Assembly (NCBI GenBank): GCA_963838925.1
Contig: CAWISW010000003.1
Coordinates: forward strand, 544,001 to 608,000
DNA length: 64,000 nt
Source: an uncultured Nitrososphaerota archaeon
Lineage (GTDB): Archaea; Thermoproteota; Nitrososphaeria; Nitrososphaerales; Gagatemarchaeaceae
Direction: 5' to 3'
Below the pieces are notes generated by a model, which saw nothing but the letters and a program-made list of their open reading frames with translations, did no database searches and was not told the DNA's origin. A program made the translations under genes and the position numbers. Positions 1-8,645 of this stretch are shown here, in pieces. Numbering within the stretch: position 1 is the first letter of the stretch; each line of letters starts with the position of its first letter.

Positions 1-2
1 TA

Positions 3-158
3 ATCATCATACCGTCGTTGTACTTTCTCGGCAGGTTGGTCTCGGATGCCAAAGTGATGAATGGGAACCATTACAGCAGATACCAGATGGTGGCATTCTG
101 GGTGGCGTCAGGCTCGATAGTCGTCGGGGGAATCCTAGGGCTGATTACGCTCCTTTAG
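3..158 (+). CDS. 3' end of a hypothetical membrane protein (partial, runs off the window start)
   Basis: Open frame from position 3 to TAG at 156-158 (IIIPSLYFLGRLV...MVAFWVASGSIVVGGILGLITLL*) with a hydrophobic C-terminus. Confidence 0.45.
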   Translation: MIIPSLYFLGRLVSDAKVMNGNHYSRYQMVAFWVASGSIVVGGILGLITLL

Positions 159-209
159 ACCTTCCATTTTCCTGGCAGAGAGGGATCAAGGTGCCCTCCT
201 TGCGTCTCG

Positions 210-270
210 TGGGCCGGAAGGGACCCATCCGCCCAGCACAAATTCTGCTAGGACTCGAACTCCCACCAAC
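210..270 (-). other. tRNA 3'-end-like fragment (possible att remnant)
   Basis: Minus strand reads GGGAG-TTCGAGT-(hairpin)-...GTCCCTTCCGGCCCA. The last 14 nt are identical to the 3' end of tRNA-Ile at 24502-24515. Confidence 0.4.
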
Positions 271-280
271 TAAGGGGAAT

Positions 281-336
281 TAGCCAAATAAGCTCGAATG
301 TAGCCCATTTAGGGGCACATAGCTCAAAATAAGCTC
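281..336. repeat. Phased short repeats (AAATAAGCTC x2; AGC/AGG motifs about every 10 bp)
   Basis: AAATAAGCTC at 286-295 and 327-336; TAGC/AAGC/TAGG at 281, 290, 301, 310, 320 and 331. Confidence 0.5.
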
Positions 337-344
337 TAAAGTTG

Positions 345-456
345 TGGACCGGGGGGGACTCGGACCCCCGACCTGTCCCAATCTGGACTCTTGGTTTGCC
401 AAGGGATTGGACGACGCAACAATCGTCTCTATCCTACCAAACTAGACGACCGGCCC
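345..456 (-). tRNA. tRNA-Ala(GGC) with two introns (about 27/28 and canonical 37/38)
   Basis: Acceptor GGGCCGG/CCGGTCC has the G3:U70 Ala determinant. Removing AGACGATTGTTGCGTCGTCCAA and AACCAAGAGTCCAGAT restores anticodon stem GTCCC/GGGAC around TT-GGC-AT. T arm is GGGGG-TCCGAGT-CCCCC. A TTTTAT box lies upstream. Confidence 0.85.
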
Positions 457-527
457 ACTATCACGCGACTCCTGAAGTATGGAATAAAAGAGTTGTCTGA
501 GCTAATGCGGTCACTCGGAGAATTCCA

Positions 528-1211
528 TCAAAGTAGATGTCGCGACCACCAGACGTAAGGCACGACTGAAATCTGATAGCCTGCTTCAACCAGTTCCCCT
601 GTGCTTCTTTCGCTTATTGACTGACCGACTTCGTTCTGAAAGTTGATTATCATGCCTGGCTTGACCACTCCTTCATTCGCCAGAAATATCCATGATTCTA
701 TATCGCCAGCGCCTGGGGTCTTTCCCGTAAAGGCTTCGTGAGCAACCGGTGCTCCCCCGGTCGTCTCGGCTAGGTGATCGAAGTAGACCGTCTTGTGCGG
801 CGCGTCGAACGCTCGTGCCGAAGTTGACCCTGCCACATAGTTGTTATTCGGGCTACGATTGTTTCCCCATCTCTGAAAGCGTTCTTCGAGGTATCTGATT
901 GTGGCATTTTCAATCATTAGCCTGTCCGTAGTTCCTCGAGTTGCCTTGTTCCATTTCAAAGACACGTTTGGAAATGGACGATTGGGTTTCATTTCAATCT
1001 GCAATGAGGACTTTAGGTTCTGCCGATTGAGTCCAAATAATCGGCCAAGTTCCTCTTCCATCCAAGCCCTAACCAGAGTGCGCGCAATCTTGCGTATCAT
1101 CAGATTGCCCCGAGCCTCATCATTCAGAGCTCGAACCGGGCTCCCTAGTCCAAAGTATCCCCCTGGCCCGGTGCCTGGAAAAATCACATTGAGGACATGA
1201 ATCAGTTCCAC
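528..1211 (-). CDS. Hypothetical protein, AT-richer than its flanks; possible degenerate PD-(D/E)xK-like nuclease fold
   Basis: 227-aa ORF. C-terminal YFDHL...VAHEAFTG spacing loosely resembles D...ExK nuclease motifs, but the Lys is absent. Confidence 0.5.
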   Translation of the reverse strand: MELIHVLNVIFPGTGPGGYFGLGSPVRALNDEARGNLMIRKIARTLVRAWMEEELGRLFGLNRQNLKSSLQIEMKPNRPFPNVSLKWNKATRGTTDRLMIENATIRYLEERFQRWGNNRSPNNNYVAGSTSARAFDAPHKTVYFDHLAETTGGAPVAHEAFTGKTPGAGDIESWIFLANEGVVKPGMIINFQNEVGQSISERSTGELVEAGYQISVVPYVWWSRHLL

Positions 1212-1328
1212 AGGAGTTGAATCGTCATCATCACTCGCGATACCGCGACAGGTTCCGGTTTTCCTTCGCCGAAGCCTAGCCCTTGGGGGTGGACTCGTAG
1301 GAGAATAGGCGCGCCAAGTAGATATGCG

Positions 1329-1352
1329 CCTACCAGACTAGACGACCGGCCC
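1329..1352 (-). pseudogene. Isolated tRNA 5' fragment (acceptor 5' strand plus D arm) with its own promoter
   Basis: GGGCCGGTCGTCTAGTCTGGTAGG matches the 5' end of tRNA-Ala at 456-433 at 23/24 nt. TTTTTAAG lies about 25 nt upstream. No T arm or acceptor 3' strand follows nearby. Confidence 0.7.
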
Positions 1353-1433
1353 GCTGTTGTCGCCTAATTCAGCCGGCTTAAAAATAGTCCAAGGCCAGAG
1401 AAGCTTCAAGCGACTCAGTAGATTGCCTCGATT

Positions 1434-1973
1434 CTAGCGCTTCTTGACCGGCTTCTTGCCGGACTGCGGCAGTGCCGCCTTAATCAATGCCTTTGCGAAT
1501 CTCGCATCCTCCCACTTGCCTATCTTCACGAACTTGTCTGGCTCAGACTCCTTGTAGTGGCTGAAGAAGTGTTCGATCTGCTTTCGCACGAACTCGGGGA
1601 TTTGCATGATCGTCTCGACGTCGGAGTAGATCGGGTCGATGTGCCGGGTAGGGACTGCGACGAGCTTCGCGTCAGGCCCCTCCTCATCCTCCATGAGCAA
1701 CACCCCTATCGGCCTGGAGCGGATTACCGACATCGGGTAGACCGGTTCTTCCGTAATCACCAGAGCGTCGAGCGGGTCGCCATCTTCTCCCTTGGTCTGC
1801 GGGATGAACCCGTAGTTGAATGGGTAATGCGTGGACGTGTAGAGGAACCGGTCCACGAAGACGAAACCCGTCTTTTCATCAATCTCGTACTTGACGTCGC
1901 TTCCTCTGGGGATCTCTATCACGACGTTGACCTGATTGGGGACGTCGTCTCCCGCTTCTATTCGATGAGGCAT
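1434..1973 (-). CDS. ppa: Inorganic pyrophosphatase (family I)
   Basis: KYE, YPFNYGFIPQT, DGDPLD and DEEGPDAK motifs. Confidence 0.95.
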   Translation of the reverse strand: MPHRIEAGDDVPNQVNVVIEIPRGSDVKYEIDEKTGFVFVDRFLYTSTHYPFNYGFIPQTKGEDGDPLDALVITEEPVYPMSVIRSRPIGVLLMEDEEGPDAKLVAVPTRHIDPIYSDVETIMQIPEFVRKQIEHFFSHYKESEPDKFVKIGKWEDARFAKALIKAALPQSGKKPVKKR

Positions 1974-2077
1974 ACCATCTACCGCCCGCTCTTTCGCGGG
2001 CTCCCCTCGGACACTCTTTAAGGCTTAGTGCGGCTTGCGACGCACACGACTCCGCTCCCCGCGAGCCAAGGCTTATT

Positions 2078-2470
2078 TTGGGGAGCGGCGAGCGCGACCC
2101 CGTGTCAGCACCCGCAGCACCCACCGAGGCTCCCGCGCCCCCGAAGATCCCCTTTCAGGCGTTCGCCCAGCTCGACTTCAGGGTCGGAAAGATCTTGACG
2201 GTCGACGACATCCCCACGGCGAGGAAGCCACTCTACAAGCTCACCATCGACTTCGGCGCCCTCGGCATCAAGCAGTGCGCCGGAGGCATCAAGGCATACT
2301 ACACGAAGGAGCAGTTGGTGGGCAAGCAGGTCGTCGCGGTCCTCAACCTCGAGCCGAAGCCCATAGCAGGGGTGCTGTCGGAGTGCATGATGCTCGCCTC
2401 ATTCACCGAGAACGACCTCTCGCTCCTCCGCCCGGACAAGGAGATGCCTCCCGGCACCAAGGTAGCGTAA
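2078..2470 (+). CDS. tRNA-binding OB-fold protein (Trbp111/CsaA/MetG C-terminal-like)
   Basis: LDFRVGKI, LYKLTIDFG, VLNLEPK..AGVLSECMML motifs. Confidence 0.9.
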   Translation: MGSGERDPVSAPAAPTEAPAPPKIPFQAFAQLDFRVGKILTVDDIPTARKPLYKLTIDFGALGIKQCAGGIKAYYTKEQLVGKQVVAVLNLEPKPIAGVLSECMMLASFTENDLSLLRPDKEMPPGTKVA

Positions 2471-2516
2471 TCCCGTCGTCACCCTTTTATCCGGTCAATT
2501 TCTCGACGGGAACTGC

Positions 2517-2609
2517 GCGGTCGTCGTCTAGCCTGGTAGGACACCAAGCCTGAAGAAGGCGTGCAAGCTTGCCAAGCTGGTAGCCAGGGTTCAATTCCCT
2601 GCGACCGCA
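2517..2609 (+). tRNA. tRNA-Gly(GCC) with a 20-nt intron in the anticodon stem (about 29/30)
   Basis: Acceptor GCGGTCG/CGACCGC. Stem CCAGC/GCTGG is restored by removing 20 nt; loop TT-GCC-AA; T arm CAGGG-TTCAATT-CCCTG. Confidence 0.92.
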
Positions 2610-2614
2610 CTTAT

Positions 2615-3598
2615 TCAACCCATCTTCGCTTCCAGATAGCCTTGCGCATTATTCCATCTGGACGATGTGTTAAATCCGACACACAGGCTTTGCATCTTGC
2701 GTGCAACCTCCCTCATCTCGGGCCCGCGCGCGAGTCTGGCTTGACATTGCTGAATCTTGGTTGGATAGACCCTTACGGAGTTGATGCCTCGGCTGGAACC
2801 TTCCAGCACAAATACGCAGGACTGGTCGTTGCGTTCGACAGAGTCAACAGCATAATCATCGATAAAGTCGCCCACGCAGTAAAGAATCGGTCTATGTCTA
2901 TAGATCTCGATTCCTCGGATTACATGACCCGAATGCCCGAACACGACGTCAGCGCCCGCGTCGACCATGGCGTGCGCGAAGGGGACGTGCTCTGGCGGAG
3001 GCTCGTATCCCCAGTTTGGTCCCCAATGAGCCGACACAATGAGTAGGTCGACCATATTCTTGGTCTGCTTGATGAGTTCGAGGAGGTGGACTGCGCGCGG
3101 GTCTCTCGGCTCGATTGGCACGTAGAAGACTCCTGGCTTCTCTGAAGTAGACCCCCAAGCCGGTTCATTGTCCGTGAACGCTATGAAACCGACCTTGTCT
3201 TCTCCGGTCTTCATGATGGCGGGTCGCTCGGCTTCCGAGAGAGTGCGTCCAGCCCCTGCGTGATAGATCGAGGCGCCATCAAGAAGGTCGAGCGTGTCGA
3301 TGAGTGCGTCATAGCCGTAGTCAAGGGCATGGTTGTTTGCCAGGGACACGGCATTCACGTTGGCGGCGCGCAAGACCTCGATGTTCTTGGCGTCCGAACG
3401 GAAGTGAAACGGCTTTGGCGTCTCCGCCCATGCCTCCCCCCTGTCCGAGATCGCGCACTCCAGGTTGCACATGCGGACGTCGGCGCCGCGAAGAAGAGGT
3501 AGAGTGTCGCCCCATGGATAGTCTGGCGCTCTTTCCTTCAGGACTTCGTTGACAAGGCGCCCAAGCATCACGTCGCCGACCATCGCGAGACGCGTCAT
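2615..3598 (-). CDS. CapA/PGA_cap-family metallophosphoesterase
   Basis: GDVMLGR, CNLE, SLANNHALDYG, SAHWG and FGHSGH motifs. Confidence 0.9.
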   Translation of the reverse strand: MTRLAMVGDVMLGRLVNEVLKERAPDYPWGDTLPLLRGADVRMCNLECAISDRGEAWAETPKPFHFRSDAKNIEVLRAANVNAVSLANNHALDYGYDALIDTLDLLDGASIYHAGAGRTLSEAERPAIMKTGEDKVGFIAFTDNEPAWGSTSEKPGVFYVPIEPRDPRAVHLLELIKQTKNMVDLLIVSAHWGPNWGYEPPPEHVPFAHAMVDAGADVVFGHSGHVIRGIEIYRHRPILYCVGDFIDDYAVDSVERNDQSCVFVLEGSSRGINSVRVYPTKIQQCQARLARGPEMREVARKMQSLCVGFNTSSRWNNAQGYLEAKMG

Positions 3599-4248
3599 CG
3601 GGCGTTACCCGATTCCCTGCCAAGCCGGACATCGAGTTTCTTGCCGTGCCTGATGAAGTCCTTCCCTAGCCTTAACAGAGCGGTCTCCAGCCACCTTGTG
3701 TCCACGCCGCTCTCTCTTGCGAGTCTCTTGATGTCCTTGATGCCCAGCTCCTTCATCGCCAGCCTGACCAGAGGCGATGGCTCGGGGTCTGCCTTGGGCC
3801 AGACGCCTCTCATGTCTCTCAGGAAGATGGAGACCGTAGTGGCACCTATCCCTTTGCCCAGCTCTCTCAGCCTCTTCTCGAGGTCGTCGCTGTCCGACGC
3901 AGCATCGTGAAGGCGGTTCAGGTCGCCGCCGTAGTTCTTCTGGAGGTTCCCGAACACCTGAAGGAGCTTGCTGGCGGTGCTGAAATCGTACCGCGTGTAC
4001 CCTCCCTCGTCGAGCAGCGAGACGAGCCCCTCCCAGCCGGTCTCAACGATCTTGGCGGGCGAGAGGACTTCGTTCTCTTCAAACACCTGGTAGGTGATCG
4101 TCGCAGTGGACTCCCTGATCGGCTTGCTATAGAGCACCGCGGCAAGGAACCACTTCGACACCTCGCCGCTCTTCTGCGATCCCAGGTCGATTCCCAACAG
4201 CTCGGAGAACGGCCGCCCATACCGTTGGACGAACTCGCGAAGTCTCAT
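3595..4248 (-). CDS. HhH-GPD superfamily protein (endonuclease III-like, unknown function)
   Basis: KWFLAAVL, LDEGGYTRYD and HhH-like GKGIGATTVSIFLR. Its stop overlaps the capA ATG. Confidence 0.75.
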   Translation of the reverse strand: MRLREFVQRYGRPFSELLGIDLGSQKSGEVSKWFLAAVLYSKPIRESTATITYQVFEENEVLSPAKIVETGWEGLVSLLDEGGYTRYDFSTASKLLQVFGNLQKNYGGDLNRLHDAASDSDDLEKRLRELGKGIGATTVSIFLRDMRGVWPKADPEPSPLVRLAMKELGIKDIKRLARESGVDTRWLETALLRLGKDFIRHGKKLDVRLGRESGNAR

Positions 4249-6071
4249 CTTCGCCCGCGTCTGTGGTGGTGCTTCCGTGGCGAGTTCATGGCGACGATGT
4301 CGAAGAGTATCCGCCTGTAGTTGATGGTCAGCGTCCTCGCGAAGAACGGGCCCTCGATGACCATGTCGTGCAGGTTGTGCTCCCTCTTCTCGTGCTCCTC
4401 GAACTTGGCGAACGACAGGCAGTCTTCGAGGTACGGCCTGAGCCTGAAGGCGTCAGGGTTGGCCACCACCTCCGCCGGAACGGGGTCCTTCCCGGAGGAG
4501 ACGAGCAGGTCGTTCAACGCCTCCCTTGCGGAGTTGTAGTTCTTCCAAGCCTCCTCGACGAACCCGAGGTAGACTCCGTGTCCGATCAGCCTCGAGCGGA
4601 ACGTCCCCTCCTTGTCCTCCGAGTACCTCTTCAGGAGGAGGGCCTTGATGTTCAGCTCGCTCGTCTTGTCCATGCCGTACAGGAGCTGGCGGGCGATGCC
4701 CTCCATGTCGGTCTTCCAAGCGTGGTTGAGCGAGTCTCCGAACGCGCCGCTCGCGAGGAGGAACCTGGCCATGTCGTAGTCGCCCCCGATCAGGGCGCTC
4801 GAGATCATGTGCGCAAAGTCGGGGTCGTAGGGGACCTCGCTCATCAGCAGGCCCTTCTCCGTGATTCCGTGGGACCTGCGGTCTATCGCCCCTATCTGGA
4901 TCAGCCAGTCCTCGGCGAAGGAGACCTCGCGGTGGTTGACCTTGGACATGAACTCCAGGTCCGAGAGCTTGAGGCCGTACTTGGACATGAGCAGCACGAG
5001 GTCGAAGGGCGTCTCGGTCTCGAGGGCCTTCCGCACGGGAACCGGGACAATCTTCTTTGGGATGGGCGTGTCGCTGATGATGACCGCCCTCCCCGGCTTG
5101 AAGCGTCCGATCCTCCCGATCATCTGCAGGAGTGAGTTGTTGTCTATCTTCTTGTAGTGGAGGGTCTTCTGACCCTCCTTCTCCTTCCCGTCGATGACCT
5201 CGTTGAATATCAGCACGTTGTCGACGTAGATGTTCACTGAGGAGGCTATCACGTTGGTGGCGAATATCCTGAGGTTCTTGTCGATCTCCGCCCTCGCCTG
5301 GATCTTGTTGATCTCGGAGCCTTCGAGCCCTCCGTGGATGTAGGTGCCGCCGTAGCTCGAGGCGTACTTCTCGACCAGCCTGCGCGTCGGCAGGAAGACC
5401 AGCCACGACTCGTCGTGAGGCTGGGTGTAGAGGTAGAGCGATAGCCTCTTGAACATGTCGTCGACGTCCCTCGCGAGCTCCACCTCGATCGCCACTGGGT
5501 AACGCCGGCCGCTGAGCGAGTACAGCTTTGAGATCCCGAGGAACGCGAGGAACTCCTTAGGGTCGATGGTGGCGCTCATCACCCGGAACAGGTTCCCCGC
5601 CTTCGCCTCTTCCTTCTTGGCGAGAGAGAGACACAGCTCAAGCTGCGAGGACATCTGGTGGCTCTCGTCGAAGTAGATTGAGCAGTTGAAGACCGAGTTC
5701 TCCGCGAGCATCCTCAGCAGGACGCCGTCCGTGACGATCTTGATCCTGCCGCCGATGTTGATCTTGGTGTCCTTGGTGATGACCGCAAGCTCGTGCTTTA
5801 CCTCCGGGTGGAGCGCCTCGAGCGAGTAGAACAGCGCGCTGCACGCCGCCCTCGAAGGCTCGCGGATGATGATCTGCCGGTTCCTTCCGGACAGCTCAAA
5901 CTCATGGATCGGCGTCACCGTGCTCTTCCCGGTCCCGACGTCTCCGATGATCACAAAGTGGTCGGAGAAGTCTATCGTCCCCAGGATCGAAAAGATTGGC
6001 AGGCGCGGCTTTCCCTCCTTCCTAGTCGCTTCCGCTTCCGTGGGGCTCAACAGGCGTCGACCAGCCGTCAT
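4245..6071 (-). CDS. DEAH/RHA-like (HrpA-related) SF2 helicase
   Basis: GDVGTGKST (I), EPSR (Ia), VTDGVLLRML, FDESH (II), MSAT (III), LVFLP (IV), ATNVIASSVNI (V), QMIGRIGR (VI), then an HA2-like ITEKG...PYDP region. Confidence 0.88.
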   Translation of the reverse strand: MTAGRRLLSPTEAEATRKEGKPRLPIFSILGTIDFSDHFVIIGDVGTGKSTVTPIHEFELSGRNRQIIIREPSRAACSALFYSLEALHPEVKHELAVITKDTKINIGGRIKIVTDGVLLRMLAENSVFNCSIYFDESHQMSSQLELCLSLAKKEEAKAGNLFRVMSATIDPKEFLAFLGISKLYSLSGRRYPVAIEVELARDVDDMFKRLSLYLYTQPHDESWLVFLPTRRLVEKYASSYGGTYIHGGLEGSEINKIQARAEIDKNLRIFATNVIASSVNIYVDNVLIFNEVIDGKEKEGQKTLHYKKIDNNSLLQMIGRIGRFKPGRAVIISDTPIPKKIVPVPVRKALETETPFDLVLLMSKYGLKLSDLEFMSKVNHREVSFAEDWLIQIGAIDRRSHGITEKGLLMSEVPYDPDFAHMISSALIGGDYDMARFLLASGAFGDSLNHAWKTDMEGIARQLLYGMDKTSELNIKALLLKRYSEDKEGTFRSRLIGHGVYLGFVEEAWKNYNSAREALNDLLVSSGKDPVPAEVVANPDAFRLRPYLEDCLSFAKFEEHEKREHNLHDMVIEGPFFARTLTINYRRILFDIVAMNSPRKHHHRRGRR

Positions 6072-6118
6072 ACGGTTAAAGTATGCGCGTCTCGCGCCGT
6101 GGATGGGCGATTAGATCG

Positions 6119-6532
6119 TTGGCCAAAGACAAGCTCGCAAACTGGAAGAAGGCGGCAAAGAAGCCTCAGCTGCTGAAGTGGGCTGAGGTGAAGGAGGAGA
6201 AGATGAACGACAAGATAACTAGGAAGCTCGCCGTCGGACAGAACGAGATGATAGGCCGCCTCCGGCTCGCGAAGGGCGCGATCGTCCCTCCGCACAAGCA
6301 CCTGGCCGAGCAGATCACCATGGTGATGAGCGGAGCCATCAAGTTCAGCATAGGCGGCAAAGGCATCACCGTCCGAGCGGGAGAGGTGCTCGTGATCCCA
6401 CCGAACGTCGTCCACTCCGCGGTCGCCCTTGAGGACTCGGACGACATCGACAGCTTCAGCCCCCTCCGCGAGGACTGGCTCACGGGCGACGACGCCTACC
6501 TCAAGACCGGCAAATCCGCGCTCAAGAAGTAG
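6119..6532 (+). CDS. Cupin domain protein
   Basis: PPHKH..EQ and IPPNVVHS cupin motifs, plus D.FSP.REDW. TTG start at 6119 chosen from TATA spacing. Confidence 0.88.
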   Translation: MAKDKLANWKKAAKKPQLLKWAEVKEEKMNDKITRKLAVGQNEMIGRLRLAKGAIVPPHKHLAEQITMVMSGAIKFSIGGKGITVRAGEVLVIPPNVVHSAVALEDSDDIDSFSPLREDWLTGDDAYLKTGKSALKK

Positions 6533-6671
6533 GCGCGGCCCCCACGGACTACACAGCGGAGGCCTTGTTCCCTGCCGGATTCGCAAGTTTGCCGCCGGTA
6601 GGTTCTGATTTTCATAAGACTTAAGTGCCGCGAAGCCCCTTTTTTCGTCGGGCTGTTGGTCTAAAATTTCA

Positions 6672-7574
6672 ATGCTCAACGAGCCTCTTTCGGAACTCTT
6701 TCCTGACCTCTTCAGCGTCCCGCGTCCAATAACCACGCCTGACGTCCCCGTGATAGTCGCAGCATCGGTGTTGACGACGTACGACGCCCCGATGCTACCA
6801 ATCGTAAAGATCGGGGACTCTCCCACCCTCGAGAAGGAGGGCGTCAAGCTCTTTCAGGCCATCGGAAGCTTCCCAATCATCAGCCTGTTGATGGAGACCG
6901 CGCCGACCGACTACTACAGGGTGATTTGGAACTCCTGCACGACCACGAGCATATGGATAGGGTCCCTGCACTATCGAGACTCACTGGACGCCCTCCTGAG
7001 GATATTCCAGCTCACGGGCTTCGGCGATGCAAAGGTCGATGGCTCAGCGGCGCCGCCCGCGCTGATAACCCTGAACTCGGTCGTCTCACTCTTCCAAGAG
7101 CGGAAGCTCAACTGCAAGATCCCGGTCAGCGAGGTCGCGTCGAAGGCTGTGATGGTAGATCCGGACATCACCTTGACCGAGGCGATGAACCTGATGTGCG
7201 AGAGAAGGATCAGGAGGGTATTCCTGCGGGGAAGGCATGGAGAGTTCGTCTCCGACAGGAACGTCCTCGCATACCTCTTCTCACCAAAGGCGTTGAGGGT
7301 CGCTAGGGACACCCCCGAATTCTGGCTCGACCTGAACCTACGAGCGATCCAGTCCATGAAGGCGCACACCATCTCCCCGGACGCGCTGGTCGAGGACGTA
7401 GGACGCCTCGTCGAGCCCGGCCGTGACGTCTTCATGCTGACGGACGGACTGTCAATGATCTCCAGGTGGGACCTCGTGATGAAGCCCTGGAAGTTGGGGC
7501 ATCTCAGCATCTCGCCTCCAATGAGGAAGCCCCAATCGGCCTCAAGATACGAGGCAATCCCCAGCCGCGAGTAG
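6672..7574 (+). CDS. CBS domain-containing protein
   Basis: VDPDITLTEAMNLMCERRIRRV CBS repeat and further degenerate repeats. Confidence 0.75.
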   Translation: MLNEPLSELFPDLFSVPRPITTPDVPVIVAASVLTTYDAPMLPIVKIGDSPTLEKEGVKLFQAIGSFPIISLLMETAPTDYYRVIWNSCTTTSIWIGSLHYRDSLDALLRIFQLTGFGDAKVDGSAAPPALITLNSVVSLFQERKLNCKIPVSEVASKAVMVDPDITLTEAMNLMCERRIRRVFLRGRHGEFVSDRNVLAYLFSPKALRVARDTPEFWLDLNLRAIQSMKAHTISPDALVEDVGRLVEPGRDVFMLTDGLSMISRWDLVMKPWKLGHLSISPPMRKPQSASRYEAIPSRE

Positions 7575-7579
7575 CCGCC

Positions 7580-7599
7580 CGCTCTCGGTTGTGGGAAGC
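7580..7599 (+). promoter_or_regulatory. Regulon palindrome site (weak variant)
   Basis: CGCTCTCG-GTTG-TGGGAAGC, then 11 nt, then TTTTAAG. Confidence 0.5.
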
Positions 7600-7743
7600 G
7601 TCTGTCAAAGTTTTAAGGGGTCGAGCACTCCGCCAGGCGCATGCGCCGCGTTCTCCCCCCCGGCGAGGGCCACCTTCCCGATTACTCGTCGAATGCCGCC
7701 ATGTCGGGTTCTAGCGCGCGGCAGTAGAGGCCGGAGTCGAGGA

Positions 7744-8634
7744 ATGACGACGCAAGAACTCTCCAAAGTCGCGCCAGAGGAGGCTAGGGACGAGATGACG
7801 GACTACACGACGTACAAGCGCTTAGCCGGCTCTGAGAAGAACCAGAGCAACCGGGACATGTTCGAGAAGCTGAGCGGCATGGAGCACAACCACTACACTC
7901 TCTGGATGAAGTACTTGCCCCCCGGCACAAAGGAGATCGGACCGAAGAAAGGGACGGTCTACCTCGTCCTGTTCCTCCGGCTCATCTTCGGCGCCTCATT
8001 CGCCATCAAGTTCCTCGAGCGCCGCGAAAAGTCGACGATTGGAAAGTACGATGCCCTGAAGCCATCAGTCCCAGCGGAGGACATGGCCGCGTTCCAGTCC
8101 ATGATAGAAGACGAGAAAGGGCACGAGACCGCCTTCGCGGATGTCGTCGCTGGGAGCTACGTCAAGTACATCTCGTTCATCGTCCTCGGCCTAGCCGACG
8201 CGCTGGTAGAGATAGCCGGAATCCACGCCGGGTCGCTAGGAATCTACGACTCGACCGAGCTGACGGGCCTGGCCGGGATCGTAGCAGGGGCCGCGGCCTC
8301 CGTGGCCATGGCGTCGGCGGCCTTCGCCCAAGCCAAACAGGGATTCGAAGGCTCGCCAGGGCTGGCAGCGGGCTACACCGGCGGGTCCTACTTTGTCGCC
8401 GCCGTCGCGCTAGCCCTCCCCTACTTCCTGACCCACACGATGCTGGTGGCGATCACCTCTTCCGTGTTCGTGGGCCTAACCATCATCGCGTTCGTGACCT
8501 GGTACAACTCCATCATCGTGGGCAGCCGGTTCCTGAGGGAGTTCTTCGTGCTCGCGGGCGTGATGCTAGGGGCGACCTTTGCGCTCTACGTCTTCGGCAG
8601 CGTGATCCGCGTCGCCTTCGGGATATCGATCTAA
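7744..8634 (+). CDS. Rubrerythrin/ferritin-like domain fused to a VIT1/CCC1 transporter
   Basis: Diiron E..H motifs (EHNH, DEKGHE) followed by IVLGLADALVE and TM helices. ATG start at 7744. Confidence 0.88.
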   Translation: MTTQELSKVAPEEARDEMTDYTTYKRLAGSEKNQSNRDMFEKLSGMEHNHYTLWMKYLPPGTKEIGPKKGTVYLVLFLRLIFGASFAIKFLERREKSTIGKYDALKPSVPAEDMAAFQSMIEDEKGHETAFADVVAGSYVKYISFIVLGLADALVEIAGIHAGSLGIYDSTELTGLAGIVAGAAASVAMASAAFAQAKQGFEGSPGLAAGYTGGSYFVAAVALALPYFLTHTMLVAITSSVFVGLTIIAFVTWYNSIIVGSRFLREFFVLAGVMLGATFALYVFGSVIRVAFGISI

Positions 8635-8645
8635 CCGGACGGACC

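Noticed and set aside
1212-1328. Group I intron or complete multi-intron tRNA downstream of the tRNA 5' fragment
   Set aside because: I found no P/Q/R/S core elements and could not reconstruct an anticodon arm, T arm or acceptor 3' strand.
2615-3598. Poly-gamma-glutamate capsule locus
   Set aside because: No capB or capC is in the window, and CapA alone does not imply capsule synthesis.
6578-6597. Possible regulon site GATTCGCA before the CBS gene at 6672
   Set aside because: Only the distal half matches, and spacing to the TATA box is about 23 nt.
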